DNA of 32,000 nt from Candidatus Iainarchaeum sp. (GTDB lineage Archaea; Iainarchaeota; Iainarchaeia; Iainarchaeales; CSSED10-239), in the NCBI GenBank assembly GCA_028700115.1, contig JAQVTI010000001.1, positions 30,001 through 62,000 on the forward strand, written 5' to 3'. The first letter of the stretch is position 1; each line of letters opens with the position of its first letter. A program made the position numbers and the translations under genes. Shown here piece by piece: positions 1 to 8,777 of this stretch. The notes under the pieces were generated by a model. The model was given only the letters and a program-made list of their open reading frames with translations. It did not search any database and had not been told where the DNA came from.

Positions 1-423
1 AATATTAAAAAAGAAAAAACAGATCAAACATCTAAAGAAGAAAAATATGAAAATACTATACCAGAAAATAATAACATAGAAGAAGAAATAGAAGATAATA
101 ACATTGAAGAAGATAATAACATAGAAGAACAAAAAATAGAATTTAAAAAAAATGAAAATATTAAAAATGAAAAAAATAGAAAAATAGAAGAATCAGAAGA
201 TAAAATTGAAAATGAAATGATTGAATCTTCAAAAGAAATAAATAATATTAATGAAAACGAAGAAAATAAAAAAATAAAAAAAATTGAAACAAATAAAAAA
301 AGTCAAACAGAAATTTCAGAAATTTATTCAGAAATTACAGAAATAAAAGCACAAATAAAAGGACTTACAAAAATAATGAAAGATATTCTTGAAGAAAATA
401 GAAATATACTTAATAAATTATGA
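1..423 (+). CDS. C-terminal part of a low-complexity, Glu/Asn/Lys-rich, probably coiled-coil protein (5' truncated by window edge)
   Basis: Frame 1 is open from base 1 to the TGA/TAA region at 423, so the listed ORF at 217 is an internal Met. Repeated (E)DNNIEE-like segments precede a heptad-like C terminus. Confidence 0.6.
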   Translation, partial: NIKKEKTDQTSKEEKYENTIPENNNIEEEIEDNNIEEDNNIEEQKIEFKKNENIKNEKNRKIEESEDKIENEMIESSKEINNINENEENKKIKKIETNKKSQTEISEIYSEITEIKAQIKGLTKIMKDILEENRNILNKL

Positions 424-849
424 AAAAAGATAATCATAAGATTCTTTTGAAAATAAAAAAATTATTTCAAAAATAATTTCTCTTCTTTCAATTAAATTCT
501 TCGAAAAAATACTTTTTACTAAACTATCAATTTTATAAATATCTAAAAAAGAATTATTAGTAGCAATAAAAATATCTCTTAAAGTATTCTGTTTTTCAAG
601 TTCTGGCATATTTTTAAAAATAAAATCTGATTGCTTTCCAATAACATATAAAGGTAAAGACATTTCTTTTAAATTAATAATTTTTTTAATATAAAAAATA
701 CCTCTTTTATATTCTCTTGGGTAACTTTTTGCAAGAATAGAATTAGATGCTCTTTTTTTTAAAGCTTTTTTATATTTATAACTATTATAAATATTTTCTT
801 TTTTTAATTTTAAAATAATTTTACTAATAGGCTTATATTTATTTAACAT
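418..849 (-). CDS. hypothetical basic protein, 143 aa
   Basis: Clean ORF in a same-strand series downstream of rpl15e with about 30-nt gaps. No family recognised. Confidence 0.6.
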   Translation of the reverse strand: MLNKYKPISKIILKLKKENIYNSYKYKKALKKRASNSILAKSYPREYKRGIFYIKKIINLKEMSLPLYVIGKQSDFIFKNMPELEKQNTLRDIFIATNNSFLDIYKIDSLVKSIFSKNLIERREIIFEIIFLFSKESYDYLFS

Positions 850-881
850 ATATTATCAAAAATACATAAAAACTATAACAA

Positions 882-1190
882 TTATGCCCCACCAAAAAGT
901 TTTGAAAAATCAAAACCATCATCTGATGAGTCATCTTTTATTTTTTTCTTTTTAAATATATTAACTAATATTAATATTATTAAAAGAATAAAAGAAGAAA
1001 TAAATCCAAAAGAAAAATCTAAATTAAAAAAATAAAAACATAAAAAATAGATTAATAATAAAAATAAATTAGACCATGAAGCAGAGAAAATAAAAAATAC
1101 ACCTAAAGCAAATGCAGAAAGTATAATATAATTATATTGTGAAGAAATTATAATTAATAAAGAAAACAAAATAAAAGTTAATATCTCCAA
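882..1190 (-). CDS. small membrane protein, 102 aa
   Basis: Multiple hydrophobic segments followed by a charged tail (KKKKIKDDSSDDGFDFSKLFGGA). Confidence 0.6.
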   Translation of the reverse strand: MEILTFILFSLLIIISSQYNYIILSAFALGVFFIFSASWSNLFLLLIYFLCFYFFNLDFSFGFISSFILLIILILVNIFKKKKIKDDSSDDGFDFSKLFGGA

Positions 1191-1219
1191 AATAAAATCT
1201 CCTTTATAAATTTATTAAA

Positions 1220-1477
1220 TTATATTTTTATTTTTATTGCTTTTTTAATATCTGCACCATATATCCAAAAAACTACAACCCCAATTGCAACAATCCAAAC
1301 AAGTTCTTGGAATCTAATAAAAATAAGATAAACAATAATAAGAGTTATAATTATTGCTGCAGTCTTATTTGCAATCTTACCTTTACTCCAAACATATATA
1401 GACATTGAAAAAACTATCAATAACAATAACCATAAAACATCTTGAAAAGATGTTGCTAAAAATATATTTGGATACAT
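1220..1477 (-). CDS. small membrane protein, 85 aa
   Basis: About three hydrophobic segments; same strand and spacing as neighbours. Confidence 0.6.
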   Translation of the reverse strand: MYPNIFLATSFQDVLWLLLLIVFSMSIYVWSKGKIANKTAAIIITLIIVYLIFIRFQELVWIVAIGVVVFWIYGADIKKAIKIKI

Positions 1478-1506
1478 AATAAAATTAATAAAAGAAAAGT
1501 TTAAAA

Positions 1507-2115
1507 CTACTTAGTTTTTCTTTTATTTGCTCTATTAGAAGGTCTTGCCTTTTCAGAACCAAAACCTTTATTTGAAAGACCTCTATTTTTCTTTGAAGCA
1601 GAAGTTTTACCTCTTTCAGCTCTACCTTTGTGTTTTTCTGAAACAATCCAATTAATCTTTAAATCATTTACAACTGCTGGATGATTTGGATCTACCATAA
1701 TTACTTCATAATATTTTTTTTGACCATCTTCTCCAATTAAATAAGAATTTAAAGCTTCTAAATTTGAATATTTTGCACTAGCTTTTTGTTCAGCCATTCT
1801 TTGAATAGAAATTCTTCTTGTAATTTTATTTACACCCATTCTTTTAGGTCGTCTACCAGCATTTGGTCTTCTAACAAGCCCAGAACCTTTTCTTACCTTT
1901 ACAAAAACTATATTAAAACCTTGTTTTGCTTTATAACCTAATTCTCTAGCTCTAATAGGATTTGTTGGTTTATCAAGCATAATAATTGATCCTTCTTTAT
2001 GTCTAAAATCAATTAATCTGTTTGTATATATTTTTTTATAATTATAATTTTCATCTTTTGTCTTACCAATAGATTTTTGAAAAGATTTTTTTATATATTG
2101 TGTTGCTGTTGTCAT
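1507..2115 (-). CDS. rpl15e: large ribosomal subunit protein eL15 (L15e)
   Basis: L15e signatures such as RARELGYKAKQGFNIVFVKVRKGSG, RRPNAGRRPKRMG and a C-terminal RGLSNKGFGSEKARPSNRANKRK. Confidence 0.95.
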   Translation of the reverse strand: MTTATQYIKKSFQKSIGKTKDENYNYKKIYTNRLIDFRHKEGSIIMLDKPTNPIRARELGYKAKQGFNIVFVKVRKGSGLVRRPNAGRRPKRMGVNKITRRISIQRMAEQKASAKYSNLEALNSYLIGEDGQKKYYEVIMVDPNHPAVVNDLKINWIVSEKHKGRAERGKTSASKKNRGLSNKGFGSEKARPSNRANKRKTK

Positions 2116-2313
2116 TTTTAATCACACTCGTTTATATTTTTTAAAATAAATTTAAATCTAAAAATTAAATAAATTAATAATTAGTAAATAAATTAATGAA
2201 CAGTAAAGTTTATATAATAGTTGTTAAAATAAGCTTAATTTGACCTTTTTTTTATAAAAAATGATTAAAAATAAAACTATTTATTTTTAATAAAATAAAA
2301 AATTATATAAAAT

Positions 2314-2335
2314 GATAAAACAATAATTGTTTATC
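2314..2335. repeat. small inverted repeat GATAAA(A)CAA-TAA-TTGTTTATC
   Basis: 9-bp arms with one bulged A, read directly in the 310-bp intergenic region. Confidence 0.4.
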
Positions 2336-2425
2336 TTATATAAAATAATAAAAAAATAAAATTAAAAAATCTTTTATATTCTTCTAAATATATATTATAT
2401 AATATATTTATTAAATAAAATTAAT

Positions 2426-2608
2426 ATGAACACATATAAAATAAAATTAAAAGAAAAAGAATTTGGAAAAACTCTAAGAGATATATTAATATCTAGAAAG
2501 ATTAATCCAGAATATATTATATTAAAAGAAAAAAATAAATTCATACCAATCTCTAAAACTTATAAAAAAGAAGTTGAACTTGAAGTTTTAGAAGTTATAA
2601 AAATGTAA
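2426..2608 (+). CDS. small ThiS/MoaD/SAMP-like beta-grasp protein lacking a C-terminal diglycine
   Basis: 60 aa; ThiS-like layout (RDILISRKINPEYIILKEKNKFIPISKTYKKEVELEVLEVIKM). It lies 11 nt upstream of a TtuA/Ncs6-like tRNA thiolase gene. Confidence 0.5.
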   Translation: MNTYKIKLKEKEFGKTLRDILISRKINPEYIILKEKNKFIPISKTYKKEVELEVLEVIKM

Positions 2609-2619
2609 ATTGAATAATT

Positions 2620-3555
2620 ATGGTTAAATGTGAAAAATGTAAAAAAGAGGCATTAATTTATCTTGCATATGGAAAACACAACTTTTGTAAAGATCACTTT
2701 AATGAATTTTTTGAAAAAAGATTTAAAAAAAACATAAGACAACATAATATATTTAATAACAAAGACTACATAGGTATTGCAACTTCTGGTGGAAAAGACT
2801 CAATGGTTTTATTATATTTATTTAATAAAATATTTAAGCCTAAAAGATATAAGTTTTGCGCAATTTTTGTAAATGAAGGAACACATAACTATTCAGATAA
2901 AACTGAAAAGTTAGTTACTGATTTTTGCAAAAAACTAGATACTAAATTAATTAAAAGTTCACATAAAGATGAACTTGGAGTATCTACTCAAGAAGTCTCT
3001 GTAAACTATAATAAAAAAGAAGGTTCAATTTGTACATATTGTGGGGTTATGAGAAGAAAAGTTTTAAACATTCTAGCAAATAAAGAAAATATTACAAAAA
3101 TTGCAACAGGACATAACTTAGATGATGAATGCCAAACTGTTTTAATGAACCTTTTAGATAATGATGCAATTAGATTTTTTAGAACTGGCCCTGTTACTGG
3201 GATAATTGATTTAAAAGAAACAAAACCTAGAATTAAACCTTTCTATTTAACTCCAGAAAAAGAAATTGCTGCATATGCATTATATAATGACATTCCATTT
3301 TACAAAGAAGATTGCCCTTTTTATAAAGCAGCTAAAAGAAATCATTTTAGAGAATTTATTAATGAAACTGAAGTTATGCATCCAGGATCTAAATTTTCAT
3401 TAATTAAAAGCTTTTTAAAAATCAAAGATTTATGTGATATTAAAAAAATAACTAATAAAATAAATAAACCATTAAACAAATGTGAAATTTGTGGAAGTGA
3501 AACTAGTGGTAAGATTTGTAAAAGCTGTCAATTATTAAAAGATATGAAAATTTAA
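2620..3555 (+). CDS. TtuA/Ncs6-family tRNA 2-thiolation protein (PP-loop ATPase)
   Basis: N-terminal CxxC...C zinc motif, PP-loop SGGKDSMV, CTYCGVMRR, ATGHNLDDECQTVLMN, CPFYKAAKRNHFREFIN, C-terminal CEICGSETSGKICKSC zinc finger. Confidence 0.88.
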   Translation: MVKCEKCKKEALIYLAYGKHNFCKDHFNEFFEKRFKKNIRQHNIFNNKDYIGIATSGGKDSMVLLYLFNKIFKPKRYKFCAIFVNEGTHNYSDKTEKLVTDFCKKLDTKLIKSSHKDELGVSTQEVSVNYNKKEGSICTYCGVMRRKVLNILANKENITKIATGHNLDDECQTVLMNLLDNDAIRFFRTGPVTGIIDLKETKPRIKPFYLTPEKEIAAYALYNDIPFYKEDCPFYKAAKRNHFREFINETEVMHPGSKFSLIKSFLKIKDLCDIKKITNKINKPLNKCEICGSETSGKICKSCQLLKDMKI

Positions 3556-3626
3556 TAATTTTTTATAAAATAAATTTATATTTAAATCTTTTTAATTACT
3601 ATTTTATTAAAAATAGGTAAAAAAAT

Positions 3627-5255
3627 ATGCAAAAATACACAGAAATTCTAAAAAAGTTAAACTATAACTTTAAACAAACTGATTTGTATAAGTATAAACC
3701 TTTTTTTGGAAATATAAAATATTTACTTGAATATCAAGAAGCTTTAGAAAATCCACTTCTTGCACAAACACGTATTCTTAAAAAAATTATTAAAAAAAAT
3801 AAAAAAACAGAATATGGTATAAAATATAATTTCTCAGAAATAAAAACAATTAATGACTTTCAAAAAAAAGTTCCAATAATCACATTTAAAGATATTGAAA
3901 AAGATATTGAAAGACTTAAAAAAGGAGAACAAAATATTTTTACAAAAGACAAAGTGGTTTATTTTGCATCAACTTCAGGAACAACCTCTAAAATAAAACT
4001 AGTCCCTGTTACAAAAGATAGAGTTAAAAACTTCAAAAGAGAATTTTCTTTATGGGCACTTGACCTAATTAAAAAAAGTGCAAATGTATTTGGTGGAAAA
4101 ACACTTTATTTTGCAGGCCCTTATTTTGAAGGAGAGACTGAAGGTAATATAAAATATGGAAGTATTTCTGGTTATTTAATATATAAAGCTCCTTGGTTTA
4201 TTAAAAGTAAGATTACAAATAAAGTTAGAATTTATAATGAAATGAACTTTAATAAGAAAATTAAAAAAATGGCAATTTCTGCTCTTAAAACAAAAAACAT
4301 AACCCAGATTGGATTTACTACACCAATTGAAGCAATTTTATTTTTTGATTATATTAAAAGAAATAAAACTAAACTAATTAAAGAGATTGAAAAAACAAAC
4401 AAAGAAAGAGCAAACTATCTTAAATCAATTGAAGATTTTAAACCAATTAACATCTGGAAACATCTAAGCTTAATTAATTGTTTTAAATCAGAAACAAATA
4501 TGATGTATATCCAAACACTTCTTGAAAAATTAGGAAAAGAAATTGAAGTTAGAGACCCAGGAATTAATGCTTCTGAAGGTAGACTTTCAATTGGTATTGG
4601 AAAAGACGGAGTTTCTGGAATTCCTCCTTTAAATGAAAGCTTTTTTGAATTTATTGATATTAATAAAAAAAATGCAAAACCAATAACAATAGATAAACTT
4701 AAACTTAATGGAAAATATAAAGTAATAATTACAACTTCTGAAGGACTTTATAGATACGATATGGGAGATGTAATTACAGTTACAGGTTTTAAGAAAAAAA
4801 TACCTTATATTAGATTTTATAATAGAGAAAATTTTTTAAACATAGCAGGAGAGCTTGCTTACGAAGATGAGATTGTAAAAGCCATGGTTAAAACTATTAA
4901 AGATTTAAAAATTAATATTAAGCATTATACATTTTTACCATATATTAAAAATTTAAGTAGAAAACCAAGATATGAAGTTTTAATTGATTTTGAAAAAGAA
5001 TTAAATGAAAAAAAAATTAAAGAATTTATTAAAAAACTAGACTCTAATCTACAAGAAATCATAAATGATTATAAACAAATGAGAAATGAATTTGGTAGAC
5101 TAGACACACCTGTTGTTTCTGTTCTTAGAAAAGGAAGCTATGATATGTATGATAAAAAAAGAGTAGTTGCATCAGGAAACCCTAAACCTATAAATATATG
5201 TAAAGATGCAGGTTTTAGAAATAATTTTGAAATTGAAAAAACTTATAAACTTTAA
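3627..5255 (+). CDS. GH3 auxin-responsive-promoter-family acyl-adenylate-forming enzyme
   Basis: ATP/AMP motif STSGTTSKIKLVPVT, LINCFKSETNMMYIQTLLEKLG, ASEGRLSIGI, YRYDMGDVITVTGF and a GH3-like C-terminal domain. Confidence 0.85.
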   Translation: MQKYTEILKKLNYNFKQTDLYKYKPFFGNIKYLLEYQEALENPLLAQTRILKKIIKKNKKTEYGIKYNFSEIKTINDFQKKVPIITFKDIEKDIERLKKGEQNIFTKDKVVYFASTSGTTSKIKLVPVTKDRVKNFKREFSLWALDLIKKSANVFGGKTLYFAGPYFEGETEGNIKYGSISGYLIYKAPWFIKSKITNKVRIYNEMNFNKKIKKMAISALKTKNITQIGFTTPIEAILFFDYIKRNKTKLIKEIEKTNKERANYLKSIEDFKPINIWKHLSLINCFKSETNMMYIQTLLEKLGKEIEVRDPGINASEGRLSIGIGKDGVSGIPPLNESFFEFIDINKKNAKPITIDKLKLNGKYKVIITTSEGLYRYDMGDVITVTGFKKKIPYIRFYNRENFLNIAGELAYEDEIVKAMVKTIKDLKINIKHYTFLPYIKNLSRKPRYEVLIDFEKELNEKKIKEFIKKLDSNLQEIINDYKQMRNEFGRLDTPVVSVLRKGSYDMYDKKRVVASGNPKPINICKDAGFRNNFEIEKTYKL

Positions 5256-5292
5256 AAATGGATATAAAATATATAAAAGGAGATGATCTAAT

Positions 5293-5418
5293 ATGCCATG
5301 TTTAAAAAGAACAGTATCTAAAAGATTACAAAAAAAACCAAGTAATAAAAAACAAGAACAAAAGGAAGCAGTTGAAAAAAAATTACATGAATACCTAAAA
5401 AAGAAAAAAAATGAATAG
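5293..5418 (+). CDS. 41-aa basic hypothetical peptide (MPCLKRTVSKRLQKKPSNKKQEQKEAVEKKLHEYLKKKKNE), not in the ORF track
   Basis: ATG preceded by AAAGGAGATGAT, a near-perfect Shine-Dalgarno. The stop overlaps the next gene's start by 8 nt (ATGAATAG). Confidence 0.6.
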   Translation: MPCLKRTVSKRLQKKPSNKKQEQKEAVEKKLHEYLKKKKNE

Positions 5419-6487
5419 AAAATATTTTTATAAAAATTATTTTGAAGCAAGAAATAAATTTATAGAATTATCAAAAAAAAACAAATTTGAACAAGAAAAC
5501 TATAAGATTGAAAAAAATTTAACTATAGATGTATCTTTTAAAAAAACAAATAAAGATAAATTAATTATTTTTTTATCTGGGGTTCATGGAGTTGAGGGTT
5601 ATTTAGGTTCTGGTTTTCAGAACTTATTTTTAGATAAATTTTTTCAAAAAAATAAAAATAAATCCTCAGTTCTTCTTATTCATTCTCTTAATCCTTATGG
5701 ATATGCAAACAATAGAAGATATAATAAAAATAATGTAGATTTAAATAGAAATAATATTGAAAACTTTAAAAATGTTAAAAATATTAATCCAAAATATACA
5801 GAAATTTTTAGAAACTTACTACCAGTATATAATCCAAAAAACACTAACTTTTTTACAGTATATTTTTATTATTATATAAAACTATTTTTACAAATGATAA
5901 AATATGCTCCATCAGATGTAATTAATGCAAGTGGTTTTGGACAAAACATTGATTCAAAATCAGTTTGCTATTGTGGGAATAAAAAGGAAAAAGAAACTTT
6001 AATTTTAGAAAATATTTTAAAAAAACACACTAAAGAATTCAAAAAAGTTATATTTGTAGATATACATTCTGGAAGTGCAAGAAAATACGAAATTGCAACA
6101 TACACAAATTATCCAGAAGACTCTAAAGAAATTAAACTAATTAAAAAAATATGGAAAAATACAAAATCTAGATTTACAAAAGCAAGAGCAATGAATCATA
6201 TTGGTTCAGTTGAAGATAGTTTTTATAAAAATTGTAAATCTAAAGAAAAATACGATATTACTTTAGAATATGGAACTATTCTTAGATTTTCTATGATTAT
6301 GTCACTTAGTTATCTTGCAAGACTTTTAGTTATTGAAAACTCAATTTATAATAGAAAGAAAAAAAGAAAATATAAAAAAATTAAAAGAAGAATGAAAGAA
6401 GCTTACTTTCCTGAAGACGAAACATATTATCTTTTCTTTAAAAAAAGAACAAGTAAATTTATTAAAAGAATTTACAAATATTTCTAA
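5411..6487 (+). CDS. DUF2817 / M14-like zinc carboxypeptidase or amidohydrolase
   Basis: LSGVHGVEGYLGSGFQN, NPYGYANNRRYNKNNVDLNRNN, VDIHSGSARK and a late TLEYGT motif match the DUF2817 family. Confidence 0.8.
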   Translation: MNRKYFYKNYFEARNKFIELSKKNKFEQENYKIEKNLTIDVSFKKTNKDKLIIFLSGVHGVEGYLGSGFQNLFLDKFFQKNKNKSSVLLIHSLNPYGYANNRRYNKNNVDLNRNNIENFKNVKNINPKYTEIFRNLLPVYNPKNTNFFTVYFYYYIKLFLQMIKYAPSDVINASGFGQNIDSKSVCYCGNKKEKETLILENILKKHTKEFKKVIFVDIHSGSARKYEIATYTNYPEDSKEIKLIKKIWKNTKSRFTKARAMNHIGSVEDSFYKNCKSKEKYDITLEYGTILRFSMIMSLSYLARLLVIENSIYNRKKKRKYKKIKRRMKEAYFPEDETYYLFFKKRTSKFIKRIYKYF

Positions 6488-6488
6488 A

Positions 6489-8447
6489 TTATTTAATTCT
6501 TTCCTTTAGAGCATTTATTTGATTTCTTATTTTTATTGCATTTTCAAAATCTAGATTGTCTGCAAAACTTCTCATTTCTTTTTCTAATCTTTTAATAACT
6601 TTAGAAATTTCATTTTTTGGAATATGCTTTATATCTTTTACAATATCTTTTTTCTTCTCAGGAATTTTTTTAATAATTGTTTGAGGTATAATTCCATTCT
6701 TTTTATTATATTTAATTTGCAAACTTCTTCTTCTATTAGTCTCGCTTATAGCTTTTTTCATAGAATCTGTATTTCTATCTGCATATAAAATAACTTTAGA
6801 TTCAGAATTTCTTGCAGCTCTACCTATTATCTGTATTAGACTTTTATAATCTCTTAAAAATCCTTCCTTATCTGCATCTAAAATACCAATTAATGCAACT
6901 TCAGGAATGTCTAGTCCTTCTCTTAAAAGATTTATCCCAACTAGACAATCAAAATCACCTTTTCTTAATTGTCTAATAATCTCAGTTCTATCAAGAGTAT
7001 CTATCTCAGAATGCAAATATCTTGTTTTTATTCCTTTTTCTGAAAGAAATTCAGATATTTCTTCAGCTAATTTTTTAGTTAAAGTTGTAACTAAAACTCT
7101 TTGTCCAAGTTTTATTGTGTTTTTAATTTCTTTAATTAAATCTTCAACTTGTCCTTCTGTTTTTCTGACTTCAACTGGTGGATCTACTAACCCAGTAGGT
7201 CTAATTATTTGTTCAACTATTTGAGAAGAGTTATCTTTTTCATAATCTGAAGGTGTAGCTGAGACAAATATTACATTTTTCATAAAATGTTTCTCAAACT
7301 CTTTAAATTTTAAAGGTCTATTGTCTAATGCAGACGGAAGTCTAAACCCATAATCTACTAAATTTTTCTTCCTAGAATAATCTCCTGCATACATAGCTCT
7401 TAACTGAGGAAGTGTTTGATGACTTTCATCAATTACAAGTAGAAAATCTTTTGGAAAATAATCTAATAAACAAAAAGGTCTCTCTCCTGGTTTTCTTCTA
7501 TCAAAATATCTTGAATAATTTTCAATTCCATTACAATAACCAGCTTCCTGTATCATCTCTAAATCAAACTTTATTCTTTGAGAAAGTCTATATGAAGATA
7601 CATCATCTAATTCAGGTAATCTTTTATCTAAATCTTCTTTAATTTCTTTAACAGCAACATCAACTACTTCTTCAGGAACAACAAAATGTTTTGCAGGATG
7701 TATTCTTATGTTTTTTAAAGTATAAATTACAGAGTTATCTAATTTATCAATTTCTGAAATTCTATCAATTTCATCTCCAAAAAACTCAATTCTTAAAATA
7801 TTATTATAATAAGCAGGAATTACATCAATTGTAGACCCTCTAACTCTAAAATTACCAGATTCTAAATTATTATCATTTCTTTTATATTGTATATCTACTA
7901 AATTTTTAAGAAAATCTTTTTTATTAATATTTTGACCTACTAAAAGATTAATTCCTAAATCCTTATAGACTTTAGGATTACCTAAACCATATATACAAGA
8001 AACAGAAGCAACAATTATAACATCATTTCTAGAAGTTAGAGATGCAGTTGCTGAAAGTCTTAACTTTTCTATTTCATCATTAATTTTTGTATTTTTCTCA
8101 ATATATAAATCTCTTTGAGGAACATAACTTTCTGGTTGATAATAATCATAATATGAAACAAAATATTCTACTTTATTATTTGGAAAAAGTTCTTTAAACT
8201 CATTATATAACTGAGCAGCTAAAGTCTTATTATGTGCAATAACCAAAGTTGGTTTTTGATACTTTTCAATTACATGAGCAATACTATATGTTTTACCAGA
8301 TCCAGTTATACCTAAAAGTGTTTGGAAATTTTTAGATGTATCTTTATTTTTTATAAGATGTTCCGATAGTTGTTTAATTGCCTTAGGTTGATCTCCTTTT
8401 GGAGAAAATTTAGAAACAAGTTCAAACTTATTTTTAGAAGTATCCAT
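6489..8447 (-). CDS. uvrB: excinuclease ABC subunit B; start revised to the internal Met (MDTSKNKFELVSKFSPKGDQPKAI)
   Basis: LLGITGSGKT Walker A, YVSYYDYYQPE-type motif, GINLLREGLDIPEV, IIGRAARNSES, C-terminal UVR motif. The listed start at 8501 adds 18 unlikely residues. Confidence 0.95.
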   Translation of the reverse strand: MDTSKNKFELVSKFSPKGDQPKAIKQLSEHLIKNKDTSKNFQTLLGITGSGKTYSIAHVIEKYQKPTLVIAHNKTLAAQLYNEFKELFPNNKVEYFVSYYDYYQPESYVPQRDLYIEKNTKINDEIEKLRLSATASLTSRNDVIIVASVSCIYGLGNPKVYKDLGINLLVGQNINKKDFLKNLVDIQYKRNDNNLESGNFRVRGSTIDVIPAYYNNILRIEFFGDEIDRISEIDKLDNSVIYTLKNIRIHPAKHFVVPEEVVDVAVKEIKEDLDKRLPELDDVSSYRLSQRIKFDLEMIQEAGYCNGIENYSRYFDRRKPGERPFCLLDYFPKDFLLVIDESHQTLPQLRAMYAGDYSRKKNLVDYGFRLPSALDNRPLKFKEFEKHFMKNVIFVSATPSDYEKDNSSQIVEQIIRPTGLVDPPVEVRKTEGQVEDLIKEIKNTIKLGQRVLVTTLTKKLAEEISEFLSEKGIKTRYLHSEIDTLDRTEIIRQLRKGDFDCLVGINLLREGLDIPEVALIGILDADKEGFLRDYKSLIQIIGRAARNSESKVILYADRNTDSMKKAISETNRRRSLQIKYNKKNGIIPQTIIKKIPEKKKDIVKDIKHIPKNEISKVIKRLEKEMRSFADNLDFENAIKIRNQINALKERIK

Positions 8448-8647
8448 ATATAATATAATATTAATAATCAATATATAATTATCTAAAAATAAGTTAATCA
8501 CAAAAAAAGAGTATTTAAAAACATTCTTAGAATATAATATATTATAAATTAATATTAATTTTTATAAAAATTAAAAAAAATAAATTATAAAAAATTAATT
8601 TAAACCTTTTAAAAATATAAAAAATACTTTAAAAAAATGGTGAAAAT

Positions 8648-8773
8648 ATGACAACAGTTAAAGGTAGAAAGCAAGAAAAAAAAATAGGAAAATATCTAAA
8701 TAGAACAAAAAATAAAGCTGCAAAAAGACTAGAAGAAAAAAATGAAAAAAGAAAAATTGCAAAAACAAAATAA
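8648..8773 (+). CDS. 41-aa very basic hypothetical peptide (MTTVKGRKQEKKIGKYLNRTKNKAAKRLEEKNEKRKIAKTK), not in the ORF track
   Basis: ATG preceded by GGTGA with 5-nt spacing and AT-rich promoter-like sequence. It stops 4 nt before the end of convergent uvrC. Confidence 0.5.
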   Translation: MTTVKGRKQEKKIGKYLNRTKNKAAKRLEEKNEKRKIAKTK

Positions 8774-8777
8774 ATAT

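Noticed and set aside
1-216. Non-coding interpretation of the window start
   Set aside because: The frame is continuously open from base 1 and matches the composition of the downstream ORF, so it is the 5'-truncated part of the same protein.
5172-5450. 92-aa minus-strand ORF
   Set aside because: Antisense to the end of the GH3 gene and to the SD-bearing 41-aa ORF; Phe/Cys-rich translation typical of a shadow of Lys-rich coding sequence.
6907-7224. 105-aa plus-strand ORF
   Set aside because: Entirely antisense to conserved uvrB sequence.
7412-7642. 76-aa plus-strand ORF
   Set aside because: Entirely antisense to uvrB; no independent signals.
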